DNA of 64,000 nt from an uncultured Candidatus Rokubacteria bacterium (GTDB taxonomy: Bacteria; Methylomirabilota; Methylomirabilia; Rokubacteriales; CSP1-6), in NCBI GenBank assembly GCA_963789955.1, contig CAWBMV010000022.1, positions 352,001-416,000 of the forward strand. The letters run 5' to 3'. The translations under genes were made by a program, and so were the position numbers. Under the pieces are notes generated by a model. The model did no database searches, was not told the DNA's origin, and saw only the letters and a program-made list of their open reading frames with translations. Positions 19,441 through 30,105 of this stretch are shown in pieces (position 1 is the stretch's first letter; every line of letters starts with the position of its first letter).

Positions 19441-20653
19441 ATGAGACAGGGCTTTCGAGTGATCGACTCGGACACTCACGTGAATCCGTCCCTCGACGTG
19501 CTGCTGCGCTACGCGGACAAGGACCTCCAGCAGCGGATCGACGATCTTCAGCCGTATCGGCGGACGGTCAAGACGGTTCCCGGCCGGGGCGACGCCGAGG
19601 ATGTCGGCAGCGCCACGATCCTGTCGGTCAAGCCGGTCCGCTTGCAGCGCGTGGCCGGGGAAAAAGCCAAGCCGGCCGCCGGCGCGGACGGCGATCGCGG
19701 ATTCCTCTCGGGGCGCACGCAGATGGTCACGCGCCAGCCGATCACCGCCGCGCGTCGCCGAAGACAACGGGCGCGGCCGCCTGCGCGACATGGATCTCGA
19801 GGGCCGCGACATCGACTTCATCATCCCCGGGCCGTGGGCCTATGGCGCTCCGGCGCTGGCGCCGCACCTCGCGCAGGGGCTCTATCGCGCCTACCACCGC
19901 TACATGGCCGACTACTGCTCGGCGGACTCGCGCCGTCTCAAGAGCATGGTCCTGGCGCTCGCCAGCGATCCGAGCTGGAGCGCGCAGACGATCAAGGAGC
20001 ACGCCCGCGAGGATTGGGTGGCCGCGGTATGGCCGCTGCTCCCCGAGGGCATGCCGATCGACGATCCGGACCTGGAGCCGATCTGGGCCGCCGCCGACGA
20101 AGCCGATCTGCCGATCATGTACCACGCGTTTACGATCGAGACGCCGTACTTCCCGGGCTATCGCGACATCTGGGACAACCCCGCGATGGGGCGCTGCGCC
20201 GGCCAGACCTGGGGCGGCCAGCGGTTTCTCTCGTTCATGCTGATGGGCGGCATGCTCGATCGCTATCCGCGCCTGCGGATCGGCGCCCTCGAGAGCGGCC
20301 ACGGCTGGCTGCCGCACTGGCTCGTGCGGCTGTCGCGGCAGATCGACTACGTGCGCGGCTCCGTCTCTCCCGCGCTCAAGCACACGCCGCTCGAATACGC
20401 GCAGATGGGGCGTGTCTTCCTGAGCATCGACCTATCGGAAGGAGTGGCGCTGACGAAGGCCGCGATCGACCTGCTCGGCGATCACGTGCTGATGTTCGCC
20501 TCGGACTATCCGCACCCGGAGACGATCTTTCCCGACCACGCGGATTCGGTCATCGGGTGGCGGCAGGTGCTCGGCGAGGAAGCGACGCGCAAGCTCATGT
20601 GGGAGAACGCGAGCCGCTTCTTCCGTCTGACGTCGACGCCGTGGGCTACTTAG
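19441..20653 (+). CDS. Amidohydrolase_2-family protein (frameshift near 19750)
   Basis: VIDSDTHV, ALESG, FASDYPH. Confidence 0.88.
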
Positions 20654-21761
20654 CGGCCGACGATGTCCACGGGATCGTTCGCTTCTTCAGCTCGGTCTCG
20701 TCGAGCTCGAGTCCGAGGCCCGGCGCGTCGGAGAGCGCGAACTTGCCCTTGACCGGCCGCACGGGCGTGCGGAACACGACGTCCTGCACCTGATAGGGTC
20801 CGTTGTACTCGGCCGGATGGTGCGAGTGCGTCAGCGACGCCACGAAGTGCAGGTTGGCGGTGTGGCCGATCGACGGCTGTGTCTGGTGCGGCACGAAGTC
20901 GACGCCGTAGGCGCGGGCCAGCGCGGCCATGTCGGCCAGGCCCGTGAAGCCGCCCGTCTTCACGATGTCGGGCTGGACGATGTCCACGCCCGCCTCGATC
21001 AGCCGCTTGATGCCTTGCAGGGTGTACTCCTGCTCGCCGGCCGAGACGGCGATGTCGAGCGCCGCGGCGACCTTGGCGAAGCTCTCGACGTGATAGTGCT
21101 GCACCGGCTCCTCGAACCACACGTAGCCGAGCTCTTCCAGCGCGCGGCCGACCCGGATCGCACCCTGCACGGAATAGCCGTTGTTCGCGTCGAACGCGAG
21201 CGGGAACCCGTCGCCGACCAGGGTCCGCACGGCCCGCGCCTTCGCGATATCGCCGGCGAGATCGACGTCGCGCGCCGTCTTGTCGGCGTCGAACCGGATC
21301 TTCACCTGCGCGGGTCCGAGCTCGAGCCACGTCTCGACCACGCGGCACACCTCGTCCACGGTGCGCTGGCCGTTGCCGCCGATCGAGGCATAGAAGGGCA
21401 GCTCGCGCCGCCACGCTCCGCCGAGCAGCTTCCACACGGGCTGACCGAGGACCTTGCCCCGCAGATCCCCGAGCGCGATGTCGATCGCGGCGAGCGCGCC
21501 GGCGTAGGCGCCTTCCGGGCCGACCTTGATGTGCTCGTGGAAGAGGCGGTCCTGGATCACGCGCGGCTCCAGGGGATCGGCGCCGAGCAGCATCGGCGTG
21601 AACGCGCTCGCGATGATCTCGAGCGACGCGTTGCCGTGCACCATCGGGCTCGCCTCGCCGAGGCCGAACACGCCGGTGTCGGTCCAGACGCGCACCCAGG
21701 CGCTGCGGTTTCGGCCGGCGCCCCACTCGACGTGAAATGGCTCGACGCGCGCGATCTTCAC
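20646..21761 (-). CDS. Mandelate racemase / muconate lactonizing enzyme family
   Basis: DANNGY, WFEEP, AGEQE, QPDIVKTGG. Confidence 0.92.
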   Translation of the reverse strand: MKIARVEPFHVEWGAGRNRSAWVRVWTDTGVFGLGEASPMVHGNASLEIIASAFTPMLLGADPLEPRVIQDRLFHEHIKVGPEGAYAGALAAIDIALGDLRGKVLGQPVWKLLGGAWRRELPFYASIGGNGQRTVDEVCRVVETWLELGPAQVKIRFDADKTARDVDLAGDIAKARAVRTLVGDGFPLAFDANNGYSVQGAIRVGRALEELGYVWFEEPVQHYHVESFAKVAAALDIAVSAGEQEYTLQGIKRLIEAGVDIVQPDIVKTGGFTGLADMAALARAYGVDFVPHQTQPSIGHTANLHFVASLTHSHHPAEYNGPYQVQDVVFRTPVRPVKGKFALSDAPGLGLELDETELKKRTIPWTSSAAK

Positions 21762-21838
21762 TGGATCCTCCTGAGCTCCCGCGGGCAGCGCTCTGCGCCG
21801 CCGGGGCCGACAGCATAGCGCCGAGTCCTTGGATCTCG

Positions 21839-22513
21839 CTAGCCGGCCTTCCGGAACGTGAGGTTGATCCGATGACGGCCGGTGAGCGGGTGCTCACCGT
21901 CGGTCAGCGGCGCGACACCGTGGAAGGCGAGGCGAGCCGGGCCGCCCCACACGACGACGTCACCGCTCTCCAGTCGGACCCGGCGCGCGCGATCCTGACG
22001 GCGCGCGCCGCCGAACAGAAACACCGCGGGAAGCCCGAGTGAGACCGAGACGATCGGCGCGCTGAAGTCGCGCTCGTTCCGATCCTGGTGCAGCGAGAGC
22101 CGCGTGCCGGGCTCGTAGCGGTTGACCAGGCATGCGTCGGGCTCGAAGCTCGGGAATCCGGCCGCCGCCGCCGCGCTCGTGGCGACGTCGCGAAAGACCG
22201 TGGGCAACGGGGGCCAGGGGCGTCGTGTCGATGGATCGGTCGTCGTGTAGCGATAGCCGCTGCGGTCGGTCACCCAGCCCAGGCGACCACAGTTGGTCAT
22301 TTCGATCGACATCGTGTAGCCGCCCGGCGTGACCATGTGACGAAACGGCGCCGCGGCGACGAGACTCGCGACGGTTTCGACCAGCGCGGGTGCCTGCGGC
22401 TCGACGAATCGCCTGAGGATCGTGGCGCCCTCGGCGAGCGCTTCCGCTCCCGCGCCGGCCTGCGACTCGGCGCCGAACAGATCTGGAGTGGCCGCGGAGC
22501 GGCGCCGGCTCAT
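21839..22513 (-). CDS. alkB: DNA oxidative demethylase AlkB
   Basis: MVTPGGYTMS, GWVTDRSGYRY, LSLHQDRNE, HGV, RINLTFRKA. Confidence 0.95.
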   Translation of the reverse strand: MSRRRSAATPDLFGAESQAGAGAEALAEGATILRRFVEPQAPALVETVASLVAAAPFRHMVTPGGYTMSIEMTNCGRLGWVTDRSGYRYTTTDPSTRRPWPPLPTVFRDVATSAAAAAGFPSFEPDACLVNRYEPGTRLSLHQDRNERDFSAPIVSVSLGLPAVFLFGGARRQDRARRVRLESGDVVVWGGPARLAFHGVAPLTDGEHPLTGRHRINLTFRKAG

Positions 22514-23239
22514 CGCGCGTCGTGAAAGATGACGCCGAGCGTGTGGCGGCTGGCCCGAGCGAAGCCGGCTCACGCCGTGACGCATGGTGACCCGGTAGCT
22601 GCCGCGTGAGCCCCGAACCGGCCGATGACGCACGGGAAAGATGACGCAGTCACCCTGCTCGAGCGGGACGACCTCGGCGCGGGACTGCATGCGCGGCCGC
22701 TGCTCGGTCAGCACGAACTCGCCGCCCGTGAAATCTCGCCCCGGCACGGCGAGGAGCACGGTGGCCTGGATCGGAAACAGGTGCTCGCCGTACACGTCCT
22801 GGTGCAAGCAGTTGTAGTCGCCCTCGCCGTAGCGCAGGACGAGCGGCGTCGGCTTGGTCTGCCCGGCGCGGTGACAGCGATCGAGAAACTCCGCGAGCGT
22901 GCTCGGGTAACGCACGCCGATCCCCATCGCCTCGTTCCAGGGGTTCGCGATGTCGGCCAGCGCCGGGTACAGGGCGGCGCGGAGCTCGCTGACGACCGGC
23001 GGAAGCGGATAGGCGAAGTACTTGTACTCGCCCCGCCCGAATCCGTGCTGGGCCATCACGATGCGGGAGCGGAACGCGTCCTCATCGTCGTAGCCCTTGG
23101 CCAGCGCGTCGCAGGTCTCGGGCGCGACGAGGCCGTTCACGACCGCACAGCCGTGAAGGTCGAGCGCGGCAGCGATCGCGCGCCAGTCGAGCGCCGCGAT
23201 GCGCTCGGTCATGGTCGTCGACGTGTCGGTCTTGCTCAC
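22510..23239 (-). CDS. 2OG-Fe(II) oxygenase (DUF2086-like, AlkB-associated); frameshift near 22548
   Basis: GFGRGEYKYF, YNCLHQD, GGEFVLTEQRPRMQSR, RHGVS; corrected end RHTLGVIFHDAR-stop. Confidence 0.88.
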
Positions 23240-23379
23240 AGGCGCCTCCACGGCTATGATCCCACTCTTCAACTGGTTATACGCGCCGCGGCGGCGAAAG
23301 GGTGGGGAGCGCGACGTGATAAGTTCAGGGCTGAACGCGGGCAGGGTGTCGACACCCCGTTCCCCAAGGGAGATGAGCC

Positions 23380-24246
23380 ATGGCGAAGAGGCGAGTCGTG
23401 ATCACCGGCGCGGCCGGCTACGTCGGCCAGCGCATGTTCAAGGAGCTTTCCGAGCGCTGGGACCTGGTGCCGATCGACGTCATCGCCGCGACCAGGAGCG
23501 GCGAGAAGGTGCCCGGCCTCGTGGTCACCGATCTGACCAATCCGGACCGTAACCAGTATCGCCAGCACTTCCGCGGCGCCGACGCGGTGATTCACCTGGG
23601 CTACGTGCGCGCGCCCGGGATGGACGCCACGACGTGGCAGGAGAACAACGACGCGAAATTCTGGGCCGAGCACCAGAACGTCGCGCTCGCCTACAACGTC
23701 TACCGCGTGGCCCTCGAGGAGGGCGTGCGCCGCGTGGTGGTCGCCAGCTCCAACCACGCCGCGGACTACTACGAGCGCCTGGTGTGGGACGGGCGGGTCG
23801 ACATGGTCACGCCCGAGATGCCGCCGCGCTCCGACAACTGGTACGGATGGGCCAAGGCGGCCTATGAGCTGCTCGGCTTCGTGTTCGCCACCGGCAAGGT
23901 CGACGGCAAGAAGCTCGAGGTCGTGCAGTGGCGCATCGGCGGCCCGCGCGACGACGATATCGAGCACGTGAAGCCCGGGGACATCAAGGTGATGCACCGG
24001 GCGCTCGGCGCCTACCTCTCGCGGCGGGATCAGGTGCAGCAGGCGATTCGCATGGTCGAGACGCCGGACATCAGGGACGAGCACGGCGTGCCGTTCCTGA
24101 TCGTGTACGGGATCAGCGGCAACACGCATCGGTTCTGGAGCCTGGCCAGCGCCAAGACGAAGATCGGCTACGAGCCTCAGGACGACAGCCAGGTGAATTT
24201 CGCCGACGCCATCGCCGCGATCGCGCGCAAAGCCCCGAAGGCGTGA
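23380..24246 (+). CDS. NAD-dependent epimerase/dehydratase (uronate dehydrogenase-like SDR)
   Basis: ITGAAGYVG, ASSNHA, YGWAK. Confidence 0.85.
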   Translation: MAKRRVVITGAAGYVGQRMFKELSERWDLVPIDVIAATRSGEKVPGLVVTDLTNPDRNQYRQHFRGADAVIHLGYVRAPGMDATTWQENNDAKFWAEHQNVALAYNVYRVALEEGVRRVVVASSNHAADYYERLVWDGRVDMVTPEMPPRSDNWYGWAKAAYELLGFVFATGKVDGKKLEVVQWRIGGPRDDDIEHVKPGDIKVMHRALGAYLSRRDQVQQAIRMVETPDIRDEHGVPFLIVYGISGNTHRFWSLASAKTKIGYEPQDDSQVNFADAIAAIARKAPKA

Positions 24247-24268
24247 CGCACCGGCGGGGCCGAATCGC

Positions 24269-25266
24269 GTGAGGCGACGGCCGGCGCGAGTTCATCGGCT
24301 TCGCGATCCTGGGCGCGCTGGCCGCGCCGTCGTGCGGCCGGGGCGCAGACGCGCAAGGTATCGCGGATCGGTGTGCTCTCGCCGTTCACTCCAATCCGAC
24401 GGTCCCGCGCCGTCGTTTCACGTGTTCCGCGACACCTTGCGTGAGCTCGGCCACGTCGAGGGCGCCAACGTCTCGTTCGAGTACCGCTGGGCCGGCGGCA
24501 AGTACGACCGCCTGCCGGCGCTCGCGACCGAGCTCGCACAGAGCAAGGTCGACCTCATCCTCTCGGCGTGGAGCACGCCGAGTGCCCTGGCGGCCAAGCA
24601 CGCCACGACGAGCATTCCCATCGTCTTCGTCGGGGTCGGCGACGCGGTCGGGGTCGAGCTGGTCGCGAGCCTCGCGCGGCCCGGCGGCAACGTCACGGGC
24701 TCCACGTTTCTGTCCGAGGAGACCGTCGGCAAGCTGCTCCAGCTCCTGAAGGAGGTCGTTCCGCGCGCGTCGCGCGTCGCGATCGTGTCCAACCCGGCGA
24801 ATCCCGTCTACGTGTCGCTGCTGAAGGACGTCGAGGCGATGGGACGCCAGCTGAACATCTACGTCGTGCGCCTCGGGATCCAGGGGCCCGGGGACGTCGA
24901 CGCGATGTTCGACTCCGCCAGGCGGGAGCGACTCGACGGCCTGGTCGTCATGCGCGATTTCGTCTTGATCACGTATCGAGAGCGCCTCGTCGAGCTGGCC
25001 GCGAAAGCTCGGATGCCGGTCATGTACGGCATGCGGGAATTCGTCGACGCCGGCGGTCTCATGTCGTTCGAGCCGAGTCTCTGACCGAGCTCTACCGGCG
25101 CGCCGCCGGCCTCGTGCACAAGATCCTCGCGGGGGCCAAGCCGGCGGACCTGCCGGTCGAGCAGTCGAGCCGGTTCGAGCTGGTCGTCAACCTCAAGACG
25201 GCCAGGACGCTCGGCCTGACGATCCCCGCGCCCGTGCTGTTGCGCGCCGACCAGGTGATCGAGTGA
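24269..25266 (+). CDS. ABC substrate-binding protein (ABC_sub_bind type), frameshifted
   Basis: [40 protein letters not shown]. Confidence 0.88.
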
Positions 25267-25326
25267 AACGGGGGATCTTGCTATCCTAGGGGCGCCGATC
25301 CGACGGGCCCGTGAAAGGATGACGCG

Positions 25327-26154
25327 ATGAAGCTCACCTCGGCGCAGCTCGAGCAGTTCGACCGCGACGGCTACCTGTTCTTCCCGAGCATCTTCTCGCC
25401 CGAGGAGATCAGGACCCTGACCGACGAGGTGCCCAGGCTCTACGCGCAGCACCGGCCCGAGAACGTCCGCGAGAAGGGCAGCGACGCCGTGCGCACGAAC
25501 TTCGCCGCGCACATGTACAGCGCGCCCTTCGCGAGGCTCGCGCGCCACCCGCGGATGGTCGAGCCGGTCGTCCAGGTCTTCGGCGAGCCGGTCTACATGC
25601 ACCAGTTCAAGATCAACGGCAAGATGGCCTTCGACGGCGACGTGTGGCAATGGCACCAGGACTTCGGGACCTGGTTCAACGACGACCAGATGCCCGAAGC
25701 GCGCGCCATGAACGTCGCGATCTTTCTCGACGCGGTGAACGAGTTCAACGGGCCGCTGATGTTCATCCCGGGCAGCCACAAGCTGGGGGTGCTCGATGCC
25801 GGGCACGACACCACGACGACGAGCTATCCCCTGTGGACCATCGACAAGGCGACGATCACCAAGCTGATCAAGCGCGGCGGTCTGGTGGCGCCCAAGGGGC
25901 CGGAAGGCTCGATGATCATGTTCCACTCGTGCCTCGTCCACGCCTCGACGTCGAACCTCTCGCCGTGGAACCGGGTGAGCGTCTACCTGAGCCTCTGCGC
26001 GGTCTCCAACCACATCCGGAGATTCAAGCGGCCGGAGTACATCGCCCACCGCGACTTCACGCCGATCGAGTGCCTGCCGGACGACTGTCTGCGGCGCCCG
26101 TACGACGTGGCGCTGCCGTGGAAAGACGGCACGCCGGAGGCGGCGCTCAGGTAG
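25327..26154 (+). CDS. PhyH-family 2OG-Fe(II) dioxygenase (proline/ectoine hydroxylase-like)
   Basis: HQFKIN.K, WQWHQD, NGPLMFIPGSH, VHAS..N. Confidence 0.9.
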   Translation: MKLTSAQLEQFDRDGYLFFPSIFSPEEIRTLTDEVPRLYAQHRPENVREKGSDAVRTNFAAHMYSAPFARLARHPRMVEPVVQVFGEPVYMHQFKINGKMAFDGDVWQWHQDFGTWFNDDQMPEARAMNVAIFLDAVNEFNGPLMFIPGSHKLGVLDAGHDTTTTSYPLWTIDKATITKLIKRGGLVAPKGPEGSMIMFHSCLVHASTSNLSPWNRVSVYLSLCAVSNHIRRFKRPEYIAHRDFTPIECLPDDCLRRPYDVALPWKDGTPEAALR

Positions 26155-27220
26155 TCCGTCGCGGTTTCAGCTTCAGCAAGCGCGCCGCGTTGAGCCCGAG
26201 AATCTTCGCGCGGTCGCCGTCCTTCAAGAACGTACAGCCGTCGACGAATCCCCGCGGGTCGTACCAGCCCATGTCGTAGGGATAGTCCGTGCCGACGACG
26301 AGATGGTCGGCGCCCCAGAGGTTCACCAGGTGGCGCAGCTGCTCGCGGTCGAAGACGATCGTGTCGAAGTAGAGCTTGGCGAGCGACTGGCGCGGCTTTT
26401 TCTTGAGCACCGTGCGCGGATCGACCCGCGCGCCCCACGCGTGATCCATGCGCGCCGGATAGTGCGAGACGTAGCCGCCGCCGTGCGCCGCGACGATCTT
26501 CAGCTTGGGGTAGCGCTCGAGGATCCCGTCGAACACCAGGTGCGCGATGGCCACGGTCGAGTCGAGCGGGTTGCCGATGATGTTGATGAAGTAGTGGTCC
26601 GACAGCCGCTCGCCGCCGGTGAACCCGTTCGGGTGCATGAAGACCATCGCGTCGAGCTCCTGCGCCTTCGCCCAGAAGGCGTCGCGGCCCCGCGAGATCT
26701 CCTGGCCGTTGACGTTCGTGCCGATCTCGACCCCGCGGAAGCCGAGCCGCTTCACGCAGTAGTCGAGCTCCTCGGCCGCGAGGTCCGGCGCCTGGAGCGG
26801 GACGTCGGCCAGCGCGACGAAGCGATCGGGGTGCTTCTGGACGATGGCCGCGAGGTTCTCGTTGATGGCCCGCGCGGTTTTGCGGCCGTGCTCGGGATCG
26901 AGCGAGTACATGAACTGGAACGGCGAGCACGAGATCGCCTGCACGTCGACACCCATCTTGTCCATGTCACGCAGGCGCTGCTCGACGGACGTGAGGCAGG
27001 TCAGCACGTTCTGCGCCTGCTTCTGGTTGGTCGCGCGCGACAGCTCGTTGGTGAACCGCATCGCCGGCTCGCTGTCGCGCCGGAACACGTCCTTCACCAT
27101 GTCGTCGGCGGGCGGGTAGTGGACGTGGCAGTGAACGTCGACGCAGAGGTGCCGGCGGCGACCCTTGATGGCGCGGGACGCGCCACCGCGTGCTACGGGA
27201 CCGGGACATGTGAAGAGCAC
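26147..27220 (-). CDS. Amidohydrolase_2-family protein (ACMSD/decarboxylase-like)
   Basis: DVHCH, FMHP, AHGGG, GTDYPYDMG. Confidence 0.9.
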   Translation of the reverse strand: MLFTCPGPVARGGASRAIKGRRRHLCVDVHCHVHYPPADDMVKDVFRRDSEPAMRFTNELSRATNQKQAQNVLTCLTSVEQRLRDMDKMGVDVQAISCSPFQFMYSLDPEHGRKTARAINENLAAIVQKHPDRFVALADVPLQAPDLAAEELDYCVKRLGFRGVEIGTNVNGQEISRGRDAFWAKAQELDAMVFMHPNGFTGGERLSDHYFINIIGNPLDSTVAIAHLVFDGILERYPKLKIVAAHGGGYVSHYPARMDHAWGARVDPRTVLKKKPRQSLAKLYFDTIVFDREQLRHLVNLWGADHLVVGTDYPYDMGWYDPRGFVDGCTFLKDGDRAKILGLNAARLLKLKPRRTT

Positions 27221-27231
27221 GTGCAGTCTCC

Positions 27232-28788
27232 TTATGTAGTGGTGGCCGCCACGCCCGCCATCATCAGGCCGAGCGTCCGCTCGGTGGCGTCGGCGCGCGC
27301 CACGTCGCCCACGACGCGCCCGTCGTGCATCACGAGAATGCGGTCGGCCAGCGCGAGGATCTCGTCGAGCTCGACCGAGACCAGCAACAGCGCCTTGCCG
27401 GCGTCGCGCAGCGCGACCAGCCGGCGGTGGATGAACTCGATCGCGCCGATGTCGACCCCGCGGGTCGGCTGGCCGATCAGCAGCAGCTCGGGGTGCCGAT
27501 CGAGCTCGCGGGCCAGCACGATCTTCTGCTGGTTGCCGCCGGAGAACGCCGACGTGGGGAGCACACCGTTGGCCGGCCGGATGTCGTAGTCGGCCGCCTG
27601 GCGGTCGAAGCTCGCGGCCACGGCCGAACGGTGGAGTCGAATCGGCCCGTTGTAGGTCGACTCGTCGTGGTAGCCGAGGATCGCGCTTTCTCGCGCGACG
27701 AACGGGATGACCAGGCCCATGCGGTGGCGATCCTCGGGCACGTGGGCCAGGCCGAGCCGTCGCAGCCGCCGCGGCGAGCGCGACCTCGGGTCGGCCAGCG
27801 GCGTCGCCTTCAAGCGGATCTGTCCCGACTTCACCGGCCGGATGCCGGCGAGCGCCTCGAGCAATTCCGACTGCCCGTTGCCGGCGACGCCGGCGATGCC
27901 GACGATCTCGCCCCGGCGCACCGTGAAGCTCACGCCCTTGACGCGCTCGACGCCGAGGCCGTCTTCCACCACGAGGTCCGTCACTTCGAGCACGGGCTCA
28001 CCCGGACGCGCGGGTGTCTTGTCGATTCGCAAGGTTACCTTGCGCCCGACCATCAGCTCGGCGAGCTGGTCCGCGGTCGTCTCGGCGGTGGGCACGGTCG
28101 CCACCACCTCGCCTTGACGCATCACGGTGACGACGTCGGTGGCTTCGCGGATTTCCCGGAGCTTGTGCGTGATGAGGACGACCGTCTTGCCCTCGTCTCG
28201 GAGCGACGCGAGGATGCGGAAGAGATGGTCGGCCTCCTGCGGTGTCAGGACGGCGGTCGGCTCGTCGAGGATGAGAACGTCCGCGCCGCGGTAGAGCGCC
28301 TTCAAGATCTCGACGCGCTGGCGGTGTCCCACGCCGAGATCCGCGATGTGCGCGTCCGGGTCGACCTCGAGGTGATAGTCGCGGCCCAGGCGCGCGAGCT
28401 CGGCGCGCGCTCGGCTCATCCCGGCGCCGAGCCGGAAGCCGCCCTCCACGCCGAGCACCACGTTCTCGAGCACCGTGAACGGCTCCACCAGCATGAAGTG
28501 CTGGTGGACCATGCCGATGCCGGCGGCCAGGGCGTCCTGGGGACTGCGAATGACCGCCGGCCGTCCGCGCACCAGGATCTCGCCGCGGTCCGGCTGGTAG
28601 TAGCCGTAGAGAATGCCCATCAGGGTCGACTTGCCGGCACCGTTCTCGCCGACGATGCCGTGAATCGATCCCGCCCGCACGACGAGCGAAATGTCGCGGT
28701 TGGCGTGCACCGCGCCGAACCACTTATCGATGCCCCGCAGCTCGATCGCCGGAGAATCCGCGTTAGGCGCTACGTCTCGCTCCGCTAT
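27232..28788 (-). CDS. Nucleoside/sugar ABC transporter ATP-binding protein (two ABC domains); start uncertain
   Basis: GENGAGKST, LILDEPTAVL, SGGNQQK, QPTRGVDIGA; frame open to ATA at 28788. Confidence 0.92.
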   Translation of the reverse strand: MAERDVAPNADSPAIELRGIDKWFGAVHANRDISLVVRAGSIHGIVGENGAGKSTLMGILYGYYQPDRGEILVRGRPAVIRSPQDALAAGIGMVHQHFMLVEPFTVLENVVLGVEGGFRLGAGMSRARAELARLGRDYHLEVDPDAHIADLGVGHRQRVEILKALYRGADVLILDEPTAVLTPQEADHLFRILASLRDEGKTVVLITHKLREIREATDVVTVMRQGEVVATVPTAETTADQLAELMVGRKVTLRIDKTPARPGEPVLEVTDLVVEDGLGVERVKGVSFTVRRGEIVGIAGVAGNGQSELLEALAGIRPVKSGQIRLKATPLADPRSRSPRRLRRLGLAHVPEDRHRMGLVIPFVARESAILGYHDESTYNGPIRLHRSAVAASFDRQAADYDIRPANGVLPTSAFSGGNQQKIVLARELDRHPELLLIGQPTRGVDIGAIEFIHRRLVALRDAGKALLLVSVELDEILALADRILVMHDGRVVGDVARADATERTLGLMMAGVAATTT

Positions 28789-28800
28789 ACGTCACTCCGA

Positions 28801-28898
28801 GCGGCGGCTTTGCCGCCGCAATCGATCCTGGGGGAGGCAGGGCGCAAGGGGCCTCAGGCCCGCTACGCCGTCGGAAGGGGGGCAAGGCCCCCCTCCGA
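28801..28898. repeat. REP-like double-hairpin intergenic element
   Basis: GCGGCGGC-ttt-GCCGCCGC (28801-28819) and TCGGAAGGGGGGC-aa-GGCCCCCCTCCGA (28871-28898). Confidence 0.55.
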
Positions 28899-28899
28899 G

Positions 28900-29892
28900 C
28901 TACTTCGCCATATAGTCGGTGACCTTGATCTTGCCGGCGATGATGTCGGCACGCGCCTGCTGCAGGCGCCTCTCCATGTCCGCGGTCATGAGCAATCGGT
29001 TGTACTGGTCGACGGAGTAGCCGACGCCGCCCTCGGCCACGCCCAGTGAGCGGACACCCGGCTGCCAGAGGCCTTCTCTCACTCTCTTGAACGTCTCGTA
29101 CACCGCGAGATCGACGCGCTTGATCATCGAGGTCAGGATCGTGCCGGGATGGATGTGGTCCTGGTTCGAATCGACCCCGATCGCCAGTCGCCCCTTGTCC
29201 TTGGCGGCCTGGAGCACGCCCAGCCCGGTGGCGCCCGCCGCGGCGAAGACGACGTCGGCGCCCCGATCGAACTGGCTCCGCGCGAGCTCGCCCCCGCGCG
29301 TCGGGTCGTTCCAGGCGGCCGGCGTCGTGCCGGTCATGTTCTGGAAGACTTCGATCTTCGGGTTGACGTACTTCGCGCCTTCTTCGTAGCCGAGCGCGAA
29401 GCGGCGGATCAGCGGGATGTCCATGCCGCCGACGAAGCCGACCTTGCCCGTCTTCGACGCCATCGCCGCGGCCATGCCGACCAGGAACGATCCCTCGTGC
29501 TCCTTGAAGACGATCGACGACACGTTGGGCAGGTCGACGACAGCGTCCACGATCGCGAACTTCAGATTCGGGAACTCCTTGGCGACCTTCTCCATGCCGC
29601 TCGCCTGGGAGAAGCCGATGCCCACGATGATCGTGGAGCCCCGGCGCGCCATGTTCCGGAGCGCTTGCTCGCGCTGGGCCTCGGCCGTCACCTCGAACTC
29701 GCGATACGCGATCCCGGTTTCTTTCTTGAAGCGCTCCGCGCCGTTGTACGCCGCCTCGTTGAACGACTTGTCGAACTTGCCGCCCATGTCGAACACCACG
29801 GCGGGCGCGAACTCCTGGGCCGTGACGGGGCCGGTCAGGGTCATCGCGATGAGGACGGCCACAGCGGCGCTCAGCGATTTCGCACGTGTCAT
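28900..29892 (-). CDS. BMP-family nucleoside ABC substrate-binding protein
   Basis: GGKFDKSFN, FKEHEGSFLVG, AAAGATGLG, IGVDSNQ. Confidence 0.93.
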   Translation of the reverse strand: MTRAKSLSAAVAVLIAMTLTGPVTAQEFAPAVVFDMGGKFDKSFNEAAYNGAERFKKETGIAYREFEVTAEAQREQALRNMARRGSTIIVGIGFSQASGMEKVAKEFPNLKFAIVDAVVDLPNVSSIVFKEHEGSFLVGMAAAMASKTGKVGFVGGMDIPLIRRFALGYEEGAKYVNPKIEVFQNMTGTTPAAWNDPTRGGELARSQFDRGADVVFAAAGATGLGVLQAAKDKGRLAIGVDSNQDHIHPGTILTSMIKRVDLAVYETFKRVREGLWQPGVRSLGVAEGGVGYSVDQYNRLLMTADMERRLQQARADIIAGKIKVTDYMAK

Positions 29893-30105
29893 GTTCGCGC
29901 TCCTGATTGTCGGCGCACCCCGACCGGCGGGACCGGATCCCGCGACGGTCTTCGGCGCGCCATAAGCGTCCGGGCCCCTTGGCGCTCGATTCGATCGCGC
30001 CCGGGCGCGCCCCGATGATATACGATCTCGCGCCGGGTGCCGGCACCGCCCGCGCGTCGGGCTCGACTCGCGCTCACCTCACGCGCTGCGCTATTCTCGT
30101 GCGGC

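Noticed and set aside
6754..19475. Long antisense or alternative-frame ORFs (6754..8790, 10555..12534, 16661..19414, 16962..19475)
   Set aside because: Arg/Gly/Ala-rich shadow frames of real genes, expected in high-GC DNA
21839..23272. Apparent 477-aa fusion of a 2OG oxygenase with AlkB
   Set aside because: One extra base near 22548 hides the conserved end RHTLGVIFHDAR-stop, which overlaps the AlkB ATG; these are two ordinary genes
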